Made by a program: the position numbers and the translations under genes. Positions 14,195-33,254 of a DNA stretch of 64,000 nt are shown here, piece by piece (positions within the stretch are counted from its first letter, which is position 1; every line of letters starts with the position of its first letter). Below the pieces are notes generated by a model. It made no database searches. It was given only the letters and a program-made list of their open reading frames with translations, and was not told the origin of the DNA. Source of the DNA: the human T2T-CHM13v2.0 reference genome, Homo sapiens; the NCBI RefSeq assembly GCF_009914755.1, contig NC_060927.1. One strand, written 5' to 3'.

Positions 14195-15745
14195 CTGTGA
14201 TGGAAACAGTGTGTTATACATAATTTTCATAAATCATATGAAAAAATGCATAACCTCACTAGTAATCAAATAAATGTAAACAGAAAAAATTTTAAGATAA
14301 TTTCTAGTGTTAATAAGGTATGATAAAATAGCTTGTCATCTGCTGCTGTTGTGCAATCTTTCTGTAGAAATATTTGAATATATGCATTAAAAGTCTGGAA
14401 AAATATTTGAAATATATAAATAAAAAGCCTTAAAAGTGATGACCAATTAATTCTATTACAAATAATTTTCTTAAGGAAATAATCAGATATATATGTAAAA
14501 ATTTATGTTCAAAAATGTTCTCCACAGTATTACAACAGTAACAAGTTGAAAACAAACTTTGTCTCACAACAGCGAGTTGGATAAACAGATACTGGTTCAT
14601 TCACCTGATGGGATGGGATTCTATGAACTATGAAAACATAAAATGTTCGAAGAATATTTAGTGACATGAGAATATACTGATGATCTAATGTCAGGTAAAA
14701 GGAAAATCAGGATATAGAAGAATGACATCAAAATTGTGTCAAAAAACTTACATTTACTTACACAGAAAAATAAATAAAAAACATTAAAATTTCAAGTGAT
14801 TTTTACTGCATGATGTAATTACAGTTGATCTTTATTTTCTTCTTATGCCTATTTCTCAATTATTGACAACTGAACATTACTTTCATAACTGGTTATGAAA
14901 ATTTTCATGTGACCACAAACATTTTATATAATTATAATTTCTGTATTATCTGCTTTTATTCACCAAAATTTCTCCTTAGCCATTCCCATCTAGTTTTTGT
15001 TGCTTCCAATATCGCTATGTAAGGAGACTACAAGTGTCAGTTTACAGTAAATATACTCAAAATGCTTTCAGACACCCACAGAAAAAGAAAACGAGGATAA
15101 GAAGAAAGGCAGAATAAACTACTTAGTTTACCGCTATAGACTTAATTTGACATGTGTCTCCCTCAAGAACATTTTCTCTTAGATCTTTTTTTTAAACTGT
15201 ATTCTTAGAATTAAACTGTAAACAAATGTGGTACCTTGGCTATAGCTTTGTACTCTTAATAGTCAGACTTCATTATAGTATAGTTAGGATTATTATGATT
15301 TTTCAACTGAATTTTCAACTCAAAATAGTTTATTTTGATTTTGATAAAATTTTGTGTGCCTGTGGTTGTTTCTCATAAATTCTTCCATCAATTACAACTT
15401 AAATTTTCTCTAGCTTTCTACTTAGGGCAGAGTAGAGAATTTATTTGTTTTGAAACTTCTTTCTTATCCCTATTATCAAGGGTAGAGAAGACCTCAAAAG
15501 TGTATGTGTGTCAAAAGATTCCAGAGAAGATCTAGGGCTAGTTGAATAGTTCTAAGTGTCTCTTGCTCTTTGTGAAAGCTGGAAATGAAGTAGGTAAGGG
15601 CCTCTCCCTTCCCAAAGAATAGCTGATAGCAACTTGCCTGTTCTACAGAACTCCATCACCTCAAAACTTCTGGGTTATACAGCATGCAGATAATAATGTT
15701 TTATCTCTTACCCATTCATAGAGGGTAAAAGAGAGCAGGCCCTAA

Positions 15746-16082
<337 letters not shown>

Positions 16083-16357
16083 AAAAAACTACCTCTGTTT
16101 CTAACTTCTAATTGGCTATAGATTATAATGTCTAATACTGCATTATCAACATTTTAAATACCATTTTACACTATTAGTATGAAAAACATAGTAATCATTA
16201 AAATTGCATCTGCTAGAATATTTAATCTGTCAGAAAACTGGGTTTGGGAAACAATTTAGGCATGTAGGCTATCAAATATGGCAAAAATGAAAAGACTATG
16301 GAGCATGAAGGTGGAAGTAAAGTACAAACCAGAAAGACAGGACAAAAGTGAGATTTG

Positions 16358-16688
<331 letters not shown>

Positions 16689-19435
16689 CTAAATTGTAAA
16701 CAGGTGTGCTTATTGGATTCATATGTTTTACTTTCATATCTGAAAACATTTATTAGGAACTGAAGTGATTTTGAATGTAATTCCCCCATTTATTATTAAA
16801 TAACATCGAGTTATTTTGTTCAGAGTTTCTCTAATCACTCAAAAATCAAACAATTATTCTTCCAACTGGTTTCTTTGTAAGAATTAGTAGGCACTGGACC
16901 ACCTGGCATCTGTACTACACTTCTGAAGATGAAATGACTGATCAGATGTCATATTCTGAAATAAGTAAATTCCATGATTTACATTTAATCAATCTGAATT
17001 TTTACCATTAAAGTGGGAGTTGACCAAATTTTCTGCTGCCAAGACACTGTGCCTCAGAGGGAGAGAGAGAAAAAAGATGCTATCTGCATTTAAGAAGCTC
17101 AGTTTCAAGATGAAATCAACAAATGTAATTAAAACACTTAAAAATCAGCACTATGATAGAGGTAGGTAAATTGTGAGGTTTCTCTAAGATAACTAGAGCA
17201 GCTGTTAGCCGCTTCAGAAAACCTTGCTGAATAAGAGTACTTAAGAGACAAAGTTTCTGAATACGAGAAATGACTAAATAAAAAAGAAACCACTATGAAA
17301 GTGCATTAGCAAGGGCGTGACTATAAAAGAATGCCTCTTGCTGAATCTAAAGAACACTAATCAACCTGGACCCATAAGTGTGACCAGTGGGCAGTCTCTC
17401 TCCCAAAACCATGGGAAGGGGAAATTACTGAGATAAGTCCTGAGCACAAAAAGACAGAAATAACCTTTGAAAAAAAACCAAGCTACAAAGGAAGCAAGAG
17501 ACATTTGCATGAACTGTTACAACTAATAGAAGAGCGAAGGTGCTGAACTGGAGAAAACTGAAAATTAAAAAATTAAATAGAATCCAACAGGTTAGAACCG
17601 CATTTCAGTATATTCTGGAACCTCAAATGCAAAAATACTGGAAAGGCAACAAACACAAAATGTGAGACTTAAATAATTTTTGCTTCACAGCTTATCTTTT
17701 TAATGGAAGTATTTATAACTCTTCTGGTTACATAAAGAAAGCAATGGAATTTCTATTTTAAAATAATGGAATATTAGATTCCATAGATACACTTCTAAGT
17801 AGAAAAAAATCTGTAATCCTGGGCTACTTTTAAATAGAGATTTTAATATTGAAAGAGAGAGTATATGAGCAAATTTGGGAACTCTTGTGGGACTAAACAT
17901 TAATGCTCTGAATCCATGTATAAGGGTACCCTTAAATTTAAGATGACAGGTAACTAAGGATGATAGCAGGTGGAATCCATAAGTAATACCTACTCTATCT
18001 GAATTCACCACAGAGGCAATACCAAGAGCACCTCAGATGCTTTGGGTAGAAAAATATACACTGTGACTCAAAAAGTACTCAATATTTCCCAAATTTATCT
18101 AACCACAGAAATGCTTTTAAAAAAAAAACAGCTTGTAAGATAGGCAATAAACTTTGAGTAATAATAGATGGATAATACTTGCTTCTCATTAGTACTACCT
18201 ATTTAATGCATCTATTTGTCTACCTAGATTTGTAAATTTTCAAGGACAGAAAATGTGCCATATGCATTTTTCCTTCTATCATTTTTTAAGTGCCAGATAA
18301 TATGCTAAAAACTTTGTATTATCTCAAATTTTACATTATCTTGATCATACAAGTGTATAAACTATTATTCTCATTTTATAGATTGGAAGTTTGAGGCTGA
18401 GAGAGGTGGGGGATTGTCCAAGTTCACTCAACCAGTAAGCTGCTCAAGTGAGATACAAACTCGAATCTGTTAAATGCCTAGTACATATATCATATACTAG
18501 GCATTTGATATATATTTAAAAATTAATTCTTTTCTTTGCTACCAACAATATTCATGCCCAATAATATTTAAAATCCATCTTTAATTCTTCCCTGAAGAAA
18601 ACGTTCATCAATTAATAGGATACCCACTAAGAGACACAGTTAGCTAGAGTGATTTCAATGTCTTCAACTCTGTGACTACATAGTATTTTGAACCCCAGAG
18701 CTATTTTTAAATGTTTTTATAACTGAGAAATGCATCTGCAGTTATTAAAATAATAGTTTCAGTTTTCTTTAAAGAATTAACTTCTGTAAAATGCCAGTTT
18801 CATTTTAGCAAACTAAAGCTTGGCTTTAAGTTAGGCTGCATGAAAAAGTCACCTCTGAAACAGATCTTCTTTACCATAAATTACCTAGAAGCTAAGTTAT
18901 TTTTTCTTGTTCTGTGACCTTGGAGGATCTGGATTGGTTAAGTCATTGCAGAAAGTGGGCTATGTCTTCAGTATTTCCTTTTCAGTCTACTTGAAATAAA
19001 TGCCGAACTATATCATAATTCAATGAAGATATCCATCCATGCCATATTTATTCAGGAAAATCAGGTTAACAGACTTAAACTCTTATACGCATACATGTTA
19101 TTGTTATAATTATACACACGAAATTATGATAACTGTTGGTTTAGAGGGTTTAATAATATAACTATCATTGGCTCCCTTTGTAGGCTTGGCCCCTCCCCAA
19201 ATATCTTATTAAGTGGATAGGATTGCATATTTGACACATCAGATTCCTGTCTTACATCCTTTGCTTTGAAAGTGCATCTGGTTACTGGAGTGCTGGTACC
19301 CAGAAACGTATGGAAAAAAAATGAAAAGATAACAAGAAACATACTAGGAAATTAAAAAAAAATCACCTAAATTTCAATTCAACTGTACTCTAGTAAGATT
19401 CTATGATCATCAATCCCCTCACCAAATTTTTTTAC

Positions 19436-19545
19436 CTGAAACTCCTCTGCAAAGCAATCACAGCAGATGGAAGCTTCTTTAATCTCTTTCTTGTCTGAAA
19501 ACCCTTCCAATAGGCTTGAATCAAGCATGCTGCTTGATGTAGTTT
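19436..19545 (-). CDS. IQCB1: IQCB1 exon 10 (110 nt), IQ motifs
   Basis: KLHQAACLIQAYWKGFQTRKRLKKLPSAVIALQRSF; tttcag| and |gtaaaa. Confidence 0.96.
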
Positions 19546-19963
19546 CTGAAATGCCGAAAATAATTTAGAGATATCTCTAGGAAGGTCTTTAAAAAAAAAA
19601 AAAGTTTACCTCTTAAAGTATCAGGTTAGGGCAAATATTAATCTCTAGCTCTAACAAGATGGGTAAGAATATTAAACCTTACCTCCCAAAGGAGGTATGT
19701 TAGGCTTGGTAAGGCAATTTCTAGAACATACTCAAGATATAGTCTAGTTAGCTCCAAATTCTCCCAGAATAATCTCACTTCCATTTCCTTTTCAAAGATT
19801 TCATAGTCCGCCTGACCTTTCATAATCTTTTTTGAGCTAACATGTTAATGTTTTTACTTAATAGGCAATCAACCTAGTTAGGTTCAAACTATAAGCTCTG
19901 TTGACCATTGTGGATGGTTGCTCGAATCTCTGTTTAGTTCTGTAAGCTTTTGATATGCTATTC

Positions 19964-20142
19964 TCCTGATAGACCATTGGGCTTAAAAGGTCAGTGAGCT
20001 GTCTGAGTTCTTGACTGAATTCTGTCCCAGTCTCCTGTTTACTTAATAGACTTCTGAGTCCTCAAATGGAATGGCAAAGGGTACAACTATTAATAATAAA
20101 ATATAGTTTTATGATTTTGTTACCTAATCAATATGAATTTGA
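19964..20142 (-). pseudogene. Duplicated partial copy of IQCB1 exon 9 (97 nt, 20060-19964) plus ~80 nt of its upstream intron (pseudo-exon)
   Basis: Manual alignment to 21109-21283: 88/97 identical with no gaps over the exonic part; the flanking intron also aligns; the donor is absent. Confidence 0.93.
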
Positions 20143-20837
20143 GCATATGCATAGTTTTGAGATTAATCTAAACTCACGATGGTTCATATATACAGAAAAA
20201 AGGAATTCCCTTCTTCTGCACTCTTCCTTCCAGCCTCCCCCAACCCATTCTCCTGCCTTACTGGACTTATTTTCATGGTTTCTGCTTGTATTTTTAAATT
20301 TATTGTCTTTTTGGTTTTGGATTTTGGATATACAATGTCCCCTTTTCCTTTTAAATTAAAAAATATCTTTAGTCATTTTAGATGTTTTCCATATTTAAGT
20401 CTTTATCTGGAAATCAGAAAGCAATATGCCTCTTCCTGTTGAATGGGCTATTTAGAGCCATCATTTTGAGTATGCTAGAGGAAGTATGATGAAATAATCA
20501 ATAACTTGCTGCCTCAAATTTCTAAATAATTTTATTAATACCATTTCTTACACAAAGGAAAAGGCATTATTGTTGTATCTCAAAGAACAAGAAGGGTAGC
20601 CATAGGTAACCATAAATACAGTTTGCTACAATTAGAGATTTTTTTTGGAAAAACAGTTTTAAAAGTTTAAATAGCTTATAGATAAAAGAAGATAAACATC
20701 AGAGATGGGGCTTTCATGAGAAATGATGAATGAAACTGATGTGGCAGTATCTATAAACAGATGTAAATGGGAGATTGAAATTATGTTTTCCAGCAGATTG
20801 AATGGCGGAGAGATACAATTTTGTAACATTATATTTT

Positions 20838-20956
20838 AAAGATGGGGTTTTGCTATTTTGACCAGGCTGGGGTGCAGTGGCTACTCATGGGTGTGATCAT
20901 AGGGCAGTCTCCAATTCCTGGACTCAAGCAATCCTCCTGCCTCAACCTCCTGAGTA
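20838..20956 (-). mobile_element. FAM/FLAM-like Alu monomer
   Basis: agatggggttttgctattttgaccaggctgg...ctcaagcaatcctcctgcctc. Confidence 0.7.
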
Positions 20957-21095
20957 AAAAATTTAAAGATATTTCTGTTTTGGGGGTATTTTGCTTGAAA
21001 TCTTAAGAGAAAGAAAGTGAGGAACATTTAAGGAAAACTAAGGTTTAATATAGTCAGCAAATATCATGCAATTTTTTTTTTTTGTAACTTAATAC

Positions 21096-21205
21096 CTGCT
21101 CTTCTACTTCCTGATAGACCATTGGGCTTAAAAGGCCAACAAGCTGTCTAAGTTCTTGACTGAATTCAGTCCCAGTTTCCTGTTTACTTAGTAGACGTCT
21201 GAGTC
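21096..21205 (-). CDS. IQCB1: IQCB1 exon 9 (110 nt)
   Basis: LRRLLSKQETGTEFSQELRQLVGLLSPMVYQEVEEQ; tttcag| and |gtatta. Confidence 0.96.
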
Positions 21206-22475
21206 CTGAAATGGAATAGCAAAAGGTACAACTATTATTATAATAATAAAATATGATTTTGTTATCTAATCAGTATTAATTTGAAGCTAAAAAGTCTGGC
21301 TTAAAAACAAATGAAAACAAGATTAATCATATGATTTTTCTTTTTCCTTTTCTCAGAGAATTCCAGGTTGAAATCTTTAAGATATTCCTCCCTCCTGAGA
21401 ATTCTTACGTGCTCAATTGTGGTATCTGATAAAAAAAAAAATCTGTCTAGACAATCTCTTTAATAAAAAAAAAAAAAAGGAGTGGGATGGAATCACTGTG
21501 GTAAATCAAAAAGTAGAGATAAATTTTTTTTATTTGAACAAAAATACTTAAATGGAGACATTTTAAAGATAAATTACTACAGACACATATTCAGTAAATG
21601 CTTGCCCTGTGGAAGCACTTATGCAGATTATTATTAGTCATTATTAGTTGAAAAAGATTATTAAATATAAACATATGGTAACATATATAATTTGGGGCAA
21701 ATCAGTAGGTTCCTGGGAAAACATTATAGGTGAAGTGCTACAACACTAGGATAGTACATTTTCATGCCAAAATAATACATAATAGTAGTGAAAGGTACAA
21801 AGTAAGTACTGTTTCCAGGGTACACTGAAATGATGTATTATAATGTGTGTATTCAAAATAAATACATAAGGTAAAATTGCCTTGTAGTGTATAATTGGGG
21901 AAACCACTATATGGATCTTTTAATGCCTTATACTCTCTTCAACACCCAAGTTCTCAGCAGTATTAATAATTGTAAAATATCTTCAGGAATCTGAATAAGT
22001 TCTGCTATTGAGATATAAGTCAAAGAAAGGGAGAAGGATTCAGGTAAAATTCCTTTATAACGACTCTGTTGGACATTCACATTTCTTTAGGAATTGAATT
22101 ACAGAATTGAAAAATGTCTATCTGGCACAATATCAACTAAAGAGCTCTATTACTGGTACTTTCCTTCTCTATTCCTACAATACCCTCAGTAATGACTAAT
22201 TCAAGGTACATTATTACAATGTCTTCAAAATCATCAAGAATGATAAAGACCTTTCTAGTTGTTTAGGTATTAAATGCATCATATTATATTCTAACCTTTA
22301 AAAATTCCCATACAGTATAACCCTATATTAATAAGTATATTTAATGAACTAGAATCCCATTTCCTGACCACGCTGAATAAGAAAAATAGATTATAATACA
22401 TACATGGCTCTGGTCAGCAAAGAAATAAAACAAAGATAACATATAACTTTGCTTGGCAATTAAACAATATATATA

Positions 22476-22645
22476 CTACCTTTGTGATCTTGGGCAAATT
22501 ACCATGTCTCTGTTTCTATATCTATAAAATAAGGATAAGAATATCTATCCCATAGGATTGTTGTAAAGATTAAACATTTTAATGCATATAAAGTATATAG
22601 AATGTGCCTGACACACAGTAAATGCTCAATTAAATGAAAGCTATT
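22476..22645 (+). mobile_element. MIR
   Basis: tgtgatcttgggcaaattac...ataggattgttgtaaagattaaa...cagtaaatgctcaat core. Confidence 0.75.
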
Positions 22646-23170
22646 ATATGAGAATGTATATACACTTACTCCTTTTATCCTCAAAATTTCTGACTTTTAA
22701 TTCACATATGTATTTGATTTTGGAGGTAAGGCAATTTTTTTTGTTTGTTTTTGAGGAAAGGCAGTGTTAAGTAATTATTGATAGTTCAAAATACCATAAG
22801 GGCCACTGGCCTCTCAAGCACAGCTCCATTTTCTCCACTAAAGCTGGTCTTGATAAGGTCACTGATCTTTTTGGTCATTATTTTACTATACTATATGGTA
22901 TATTCAACACACAAAACCTTTTTGTCAGAGAGGGAGTAAATATTTATGGCAACCTGATCAAAAAAGTATCTTCCACATGCTATCTGTAGTGACATGAAGA
23001 TAGCTTGATTATATAAAGACTTTTTTTTTTCTGAATTGGTATCTGTTGTGAGTTTTATCTACATAGGTCAGTTATCAACTCTTTAAAATATAAGAATTTT
23101 GTTTTTCATAAACCATCAATAAAAATTTTCTTTTTGAGAATCCCAAGAAAAGAAAGAATGAATGTACTAC

Positions 23171-23349
23171 CTTTGTAGCAGGTACTTTGTCTCAGTAAAA
23201 TCAAAATTTCCTGATGGGATTCAGCCATCAACAGTAGGAGTTTTGTAGCAGTACTTCTTATAACTGGACTAGGAGTTGAAAAAAGCTTGAAAATAACTTC
23301 ATCTAAAATTGAATACAGGGCTTTTCTTCCTATTCTGAGTAAATCACCA
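23171..23349 (-). CDS. IQCB1: IQCB1 exon 8 (179 nt)
   Basis: GDLLRIGRKALYSILDEVIFKLFSTPSPVIRSTATKLLLLMAESHQEILILLRQSTCYK; tattag| and |gtagta. Confidence 0.96.
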
Positions 23350-25539
23350 CTAATAGAACAAAATAAAAAAAAAAGTACCATTACTAATTGATGTACAGGT
23401 ATCACAACAAATCTAAAATATAAGATTCAGTAACTTGATGCCGGACTGTGTCCTGATCCAAGAATATAACCACTTTTTCAAATATATGTTGGTTCCAAGA
23501 AGATATCATATTCAGTCACTTAATATTTATTGAATTCCTACTGTGTGCAAGGTGCCATGTGTGCTAGGTACAATAGAGAATACAAAGTAGCCAAAGGCCT
23601 TCTCCTTAGAGAAGCCTGCAATCAAATCAAGGATGAAATATAAATGTGCAAAATACTAAACAATAAATAATTTAAAAGCTTCAAGGCAATGATAAAAGTG
23701 AAATCAAGACAGGTACACAGTTAATTTTTAAATGATGTACAAAGACAAAAATGCCATAGGAATTCTATCATGTGCTTAATATAGGAGAAACTTAAAATCT
23801 TTCCTTGGTATTTCCTTCATTATACTAACAACCCATCTTGTATTACTGATGTTGTGAAAAATTATCTAAAACTTAGAAATAGTCAAAAGGAAAGGGTTAG
23901 TGAGTATCCTTTTATTTACCCCCTTAAGGAGTTATGTGATTTTCTAGGCGTATGTACCTCTGTTTAATTTTCTACTCACTATTAAAATACTTTACAATTC
24001 TGTAAAAATAGAGGTTGGCTGGTAGAAAACAATGCTAAAGATTCTTATCTAAGAGCAATGTAAACAGACTCTTATTCAAAGCAATACAAATGATTTCTGT
24101 CCAGTAGAAAAGGTAATTCTAGAAGCTACATTGCTTTATAAGTCATATTTTCCTATTAGCAAATTTTAAAAATCTATCAGCAAATTTACTTCTACATTTC
24201 TTCGACAAACCAACTCCATAAATCTATTTTCCTCAAATTCTCCTTTGACCCTGTATAAATATCTTATTTGTTCCCTCATTAATGAGTTGCATAAAATTTT
24301 GAGCAGTCAAATTTTATATTTGTATAAGACTCATGTTTGAGCTTTTTGAAAATTGTACTTTAGTAGTTACTAAAATAATTTTGTTAAGAGAAAAGAGATC
24401 AGCAACATACCTTAAATGTAAAAATCTCTGAGTTGAAAGACTTTATAAAGTTATCCAATCAAAATATGTGAGAATCTTTGTGACATCTACTTCTGTGCCA
24501 CTGTGTCTCTTACATGCTATTCCCTATGCCTAGGATGCTCACCCTGTCCCATCAGTCAATGTCATCACACTATTCAAAACTCAGATTAAAAAATATGCTC
24601 ATCTCAGAAAGCCTTCTACAGATATCCCTATCCCAATCTTATCACATCTTTACTCCATATCCCACCAAGAGTTTGTGCTATAATGTAATACAGTAGTTTA
24701 AATGCTTTTAGATGCTCTTCAACCTCCTAATCTTAAAGACATCCTCTCTATACCACTACCATCTTATCTCTCTGCTTCTCTTCTAATCCAATCTTCTGTT
24801 GCCACTATCTCACATCTCATTTCTCAAACCACTGCATCTAGTTTTCATTTTTTACTATTTCACTATACTATCCTTGATAAGTTCATCAGTATAACTTCCC
24901 AAATGTCAAGTCACATATATATCATAAGTGATTCTTTTCCTAGACTTGTTTGTATCTGATACTTTCTACTTACTCAGCTTCTGTGATACAAAGTTCTGGT
25001 CTCCCCTCTACCTTCCACCCATACTTTTCTGACCATTCTTTTTCATTTGTCTTTGTGGGCTCCACTTCCCCAGTATAACCCTAAAAGGTTATTCCCCAAG
25101 ACTCCATTTTCAAGCCATTTATTTTCTCATTGTATTCACACTTCCTACTAATCTCACTTTCTGTCATGTTTTTCTCTACCATGTATAAGCTGATTTGTAA
25201 ATCTGTAACTCTAGTCCCAATCTCTTCCAGAAGTTAGTTTACCTATTCACCTGATGGACATTTGAGTTTTAGCTAGTCCTTGTTTTTCACAAATAAAGCT
25301 CAATGAACATTTGTGTATAAGTCTTTATATAGATACTTACTTTTACTGCATGTTGAACTACCTATACTCAACATAACCAACATTGAATTAATCATCTGTC
25401 TCACAAAACCAACTTCTTATATATTCCACATACCACAGTCTAATCACCCAATACAGAAAACTTGGTATCATATCTGACTGCACCATTTATTTTATCTACC
25501 CCATATCAAAACATTCACCAAGTCATCATAATTTTTGTT

Positions 25540-30150
<4,611 letters not shown>

Positions 30151-31146
30151 TGATGATTTTAATTCATTATTTTAAAACCTCCATATCCCAGGTACCAATG
30201 CCCAAGGACAAGTTATCATTACTTCACTTGGATTAGTATGATTGCCTTTTGTGTCTAGAGTTTTCTTCCCCTTAATCTACCTTCACATAGTCACCAGAGT
30301 AACAAAATTGAAATGTAATCTGACCACTTTCGTCTACTTTAAAAATCTTCAATGGTCCCCGTTGCCTATAGGATTAGACTCCGTTTCCTCAACACAGCAT
30401 ATAAATTCTTCATGACTTTGAGTCTCAGCCGAGCTTGCTAGTCACCTCCCTATATGGAACTTTATATCCCAACAATAATGAATTTGTACCTACTTTTCAT
30501 CCTCAGCATGTTGTTTCTTATCTCTGTGCTTTTGTTTATGTTGCCTGGAATTACTGCTTTCTCTTTCTCCTCTTCCTCCCTGGCCAATATACCATCCTTG
30601 AAGTTTCATCTCAGATATTACCTTCTCCAGGAAGCACCTCCCCTCGGTTTGGGTTAGAAGGTCCTTTAACATTTATGGTCACTTTTAATATTGTAATTTA
30701 ATGTATACAATGATGTTTGTGTTTTCCATTCTATTGTAAGCTCTTTGAAGACAAGGTTTATATCTTAATCAACTCTATAATTGCAATGACAGACACAGCA
30801 GCTGCATAATAAATTCATACTAAACTGAAAGAATGGATTATTTCAATTGTGTACACTCTGCCCTTCCATGTTACCCTGAATAATTGCCAATTGCTTCTTT
30901 TATACCCTTCTTGAGCATCTGTAAAAATACCAAGCTTGAAGTTTATTAAATAAATGTGATTAAACATTTTTTGTTGTGATCTCAATATTTTTCTTCAGAT
31001 TATCACACTAATTCTCTTCTTTAAGCCTGAGATTTGAGCTAAAAATCTTAAGCTCTGGTATAAGGTATCAATTTAATAATAAATTTCCAGTCTTTTGTAG
31101 TATTTTATATTAATTTTTCTGAAAGACAATGGTGATGGAACTTCAG

Positions 31147-31236
31147 CATTATATACAAGTATATAGTGCATAGACTTGTATATACATTATATACGAGTAT
31201 ATAGTGCATATACTTGTATATACATTATATACAAGT
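31147..31236. repeat. 38-bp tandem repeat (2.4 copies) with internally palindromic units
   Basis: cattatatacaagtatatagtgcata(g/t)acttgtatata repeated. Confidence 0.92.
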
Positions 31237-31325
31237 CATATGTGGTCAATTTTAGCAAAATTGGAATAAAATTGGTAATGCTTCTGATAAAAAAAAGCAG
31301 TAACATTTTGTAAAAACCAAGTCAC

Positions 31326-31425
31326 CTGTTGATCTGTAATATATTCTGTAGCATCATCATGACTGCAGATCCTATTTGGACATTGTCAGCTTGCAGTAAA
31401 TGTAAGAAATGATCACTTTGTAGTA
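31326..31425 (-). CDS. IQCB1: IQCB1 exon 7 (100 nt)
   Basis: LQSDHFLHLLQADNVQIGSAVMMMLQNILQIN; ctttag| and |gtgact. Confidence 0.96.
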
Positions 31426-32897
31426 CTAAAGGAAAAGAAAAAAAAAGAAAGATTAAAGTAAAGATTTTATGATAACAAAGGAAGATTTTGTTCTTTTCAA
31501 ACCAAATCAAAGCATGACCATCTCTGCTAAACTTTCTGACTTTGTAGACTCTACGATAAAGAAGACTTTAAGATGTAAAATTCATGGCAATTTTAAATAG
31601 CGATAAATAAGTCATTTCATTTTTATGAATATAGTCAGAAAATAGGCATAAATACTAAGCTAAGAATCTATTGTTATCTCTTTAAATTGAAAATATCATA
31701 TCCTAAATCTGAATCTTTTTCTTCTATCAATGAATTTCAGTGAATAAAAACAAATTTCCTGCAAAGACAGAATATAAGGAAACGGAAATGGCACAGATGA
31801 CTATAATTGGTTGCTCACAACCTTAAAAAATTTAATTTTGTGACATATTGTTTTATATAATAATGAATACGCTAACTACAAAAATTTCCTTTTATTGATT
31901 TGTAATCTTTAAGCTCTGAGCAGCCAGTTATAACGATTTAGCACTGGATACTTATACAAGTTGCTTAACCTCTTAGAAACCATTTCTTCATCTGTAAAAC
32001 TAGAAATAATAGCTCTCACATGAGCTAATGTAAAATATCCTAGAACAGGGAACATTTCTAATAAATGTCAGTTTCCATTCCATTCCATGCTCAATAACTG
32101 AGCATAACTACCAAAGGTATTAGTTATACTAACTGAACGTAGTTGCCTTTGGAAAATGGGAAATGGAGTGGGCATGAGGGTCAGGGATTGTGTGTGTTTT
32201 AATGATCCTTACAGAACTATTTGACTCTTTAAATTATGTGCTTGCAATGATTCTGAGGAGAAAAGCTTAAAGTAAAATTTCAGTTCAAGTATTACTTAAA
32301 AAATATTCTTAAGAGTGTTACATCTATATTAGATGAAATTTTTCTAGGGAGAGCACCATGAATGTAACTAAGAATTATTTTTTCAGTCTTAAGAAAACAT
32401 AAAACTCATACATGTTTATATCTCTCAATGTAAACAGAAATATCCTATAACTTCCAAGTTTACTAAAAGGTCATTAAATAAAAGCTTACTCTTACTTGGA
32501 TAGTTAGACTATATGAGTTAAATCATATCCACCCTGAACATAGGGATTTCTCTCATGATAGGTCTAAAACACTGACTGTAATCTTTTAAACTTAAAAGTT
32601 ATTTTTAGGAATAAACTGCTCAAATTATCATTTGTCTTTATCTTAGATTTGCTTAACAGAAAAAGCTAAAGTTTTATTTCAACAGTATTCTCCTTAATTT
32701 AATATTCACATTGTTGATGTAGGCTATGTAAAACTGGAATATCCATTTTAAAAAATTGTGAGCTTATTTCAACATGGTTTCATTTCAGTGTGGTTATCTG
32801 CACAGTTCATGTGGCATTTGTTTTTGGAAAAAACGATCAAACTGTTAGCAGTTGACTCTACAATAGCTATTAGTTACATTAAAATCTTTTCTCTTAC

Positions 32898-32991
32898 CAT
32901 TCTGAATAAGTTCAACATGGCCTCCCAAAAGCCAGAAGAGAGAATCAGTCACAATTTGGAAAAAGTGTAGTAATTCATCTTTTTCTTCAGC
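32898..32991 (-). CDS. IQCB1: IQCB1 exon 6 (94 nt)
   Basis: AEEKDELLHFFQIVTDSLFWLLGGHVELIQN; gttaag| and |gtaaga. Confidence 0.95.
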
Positions 32992-33254
32992 CTTAACATA
33001 AAAGATAAGCCCAGTTTACTTTTCTATAGTTTTTTTCCTTTTTTTTTTTTTTAAGGAGACTTCTCTCTGGGGAGTTAGAGGATACAGTTTCTGGATCTAA
33101 CTTAGCTATTTATGAGGGACATGATTTTGTTGCCTTTAGTTTCTTAATTTGTAAAACTTGTGGTTACAGGATAGTAATATCTACTAGAAATGGTTGTTAT
33201 CCAGATAAAATAAAACAACATAAGTAGTGTAAGGGCTACAAGTTGATACACTAG

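Noticed and set aside
23106-23405. Stand-alone ORFs at 23106, 31322, 12254 and 50001
   Set aside because: They are IQCB1 exons read through into flanking introns
31147-31236. CRISPR-like palindromic repeats
   Set aside because: No unique spacers, no cas genes, and mammalian intronic context
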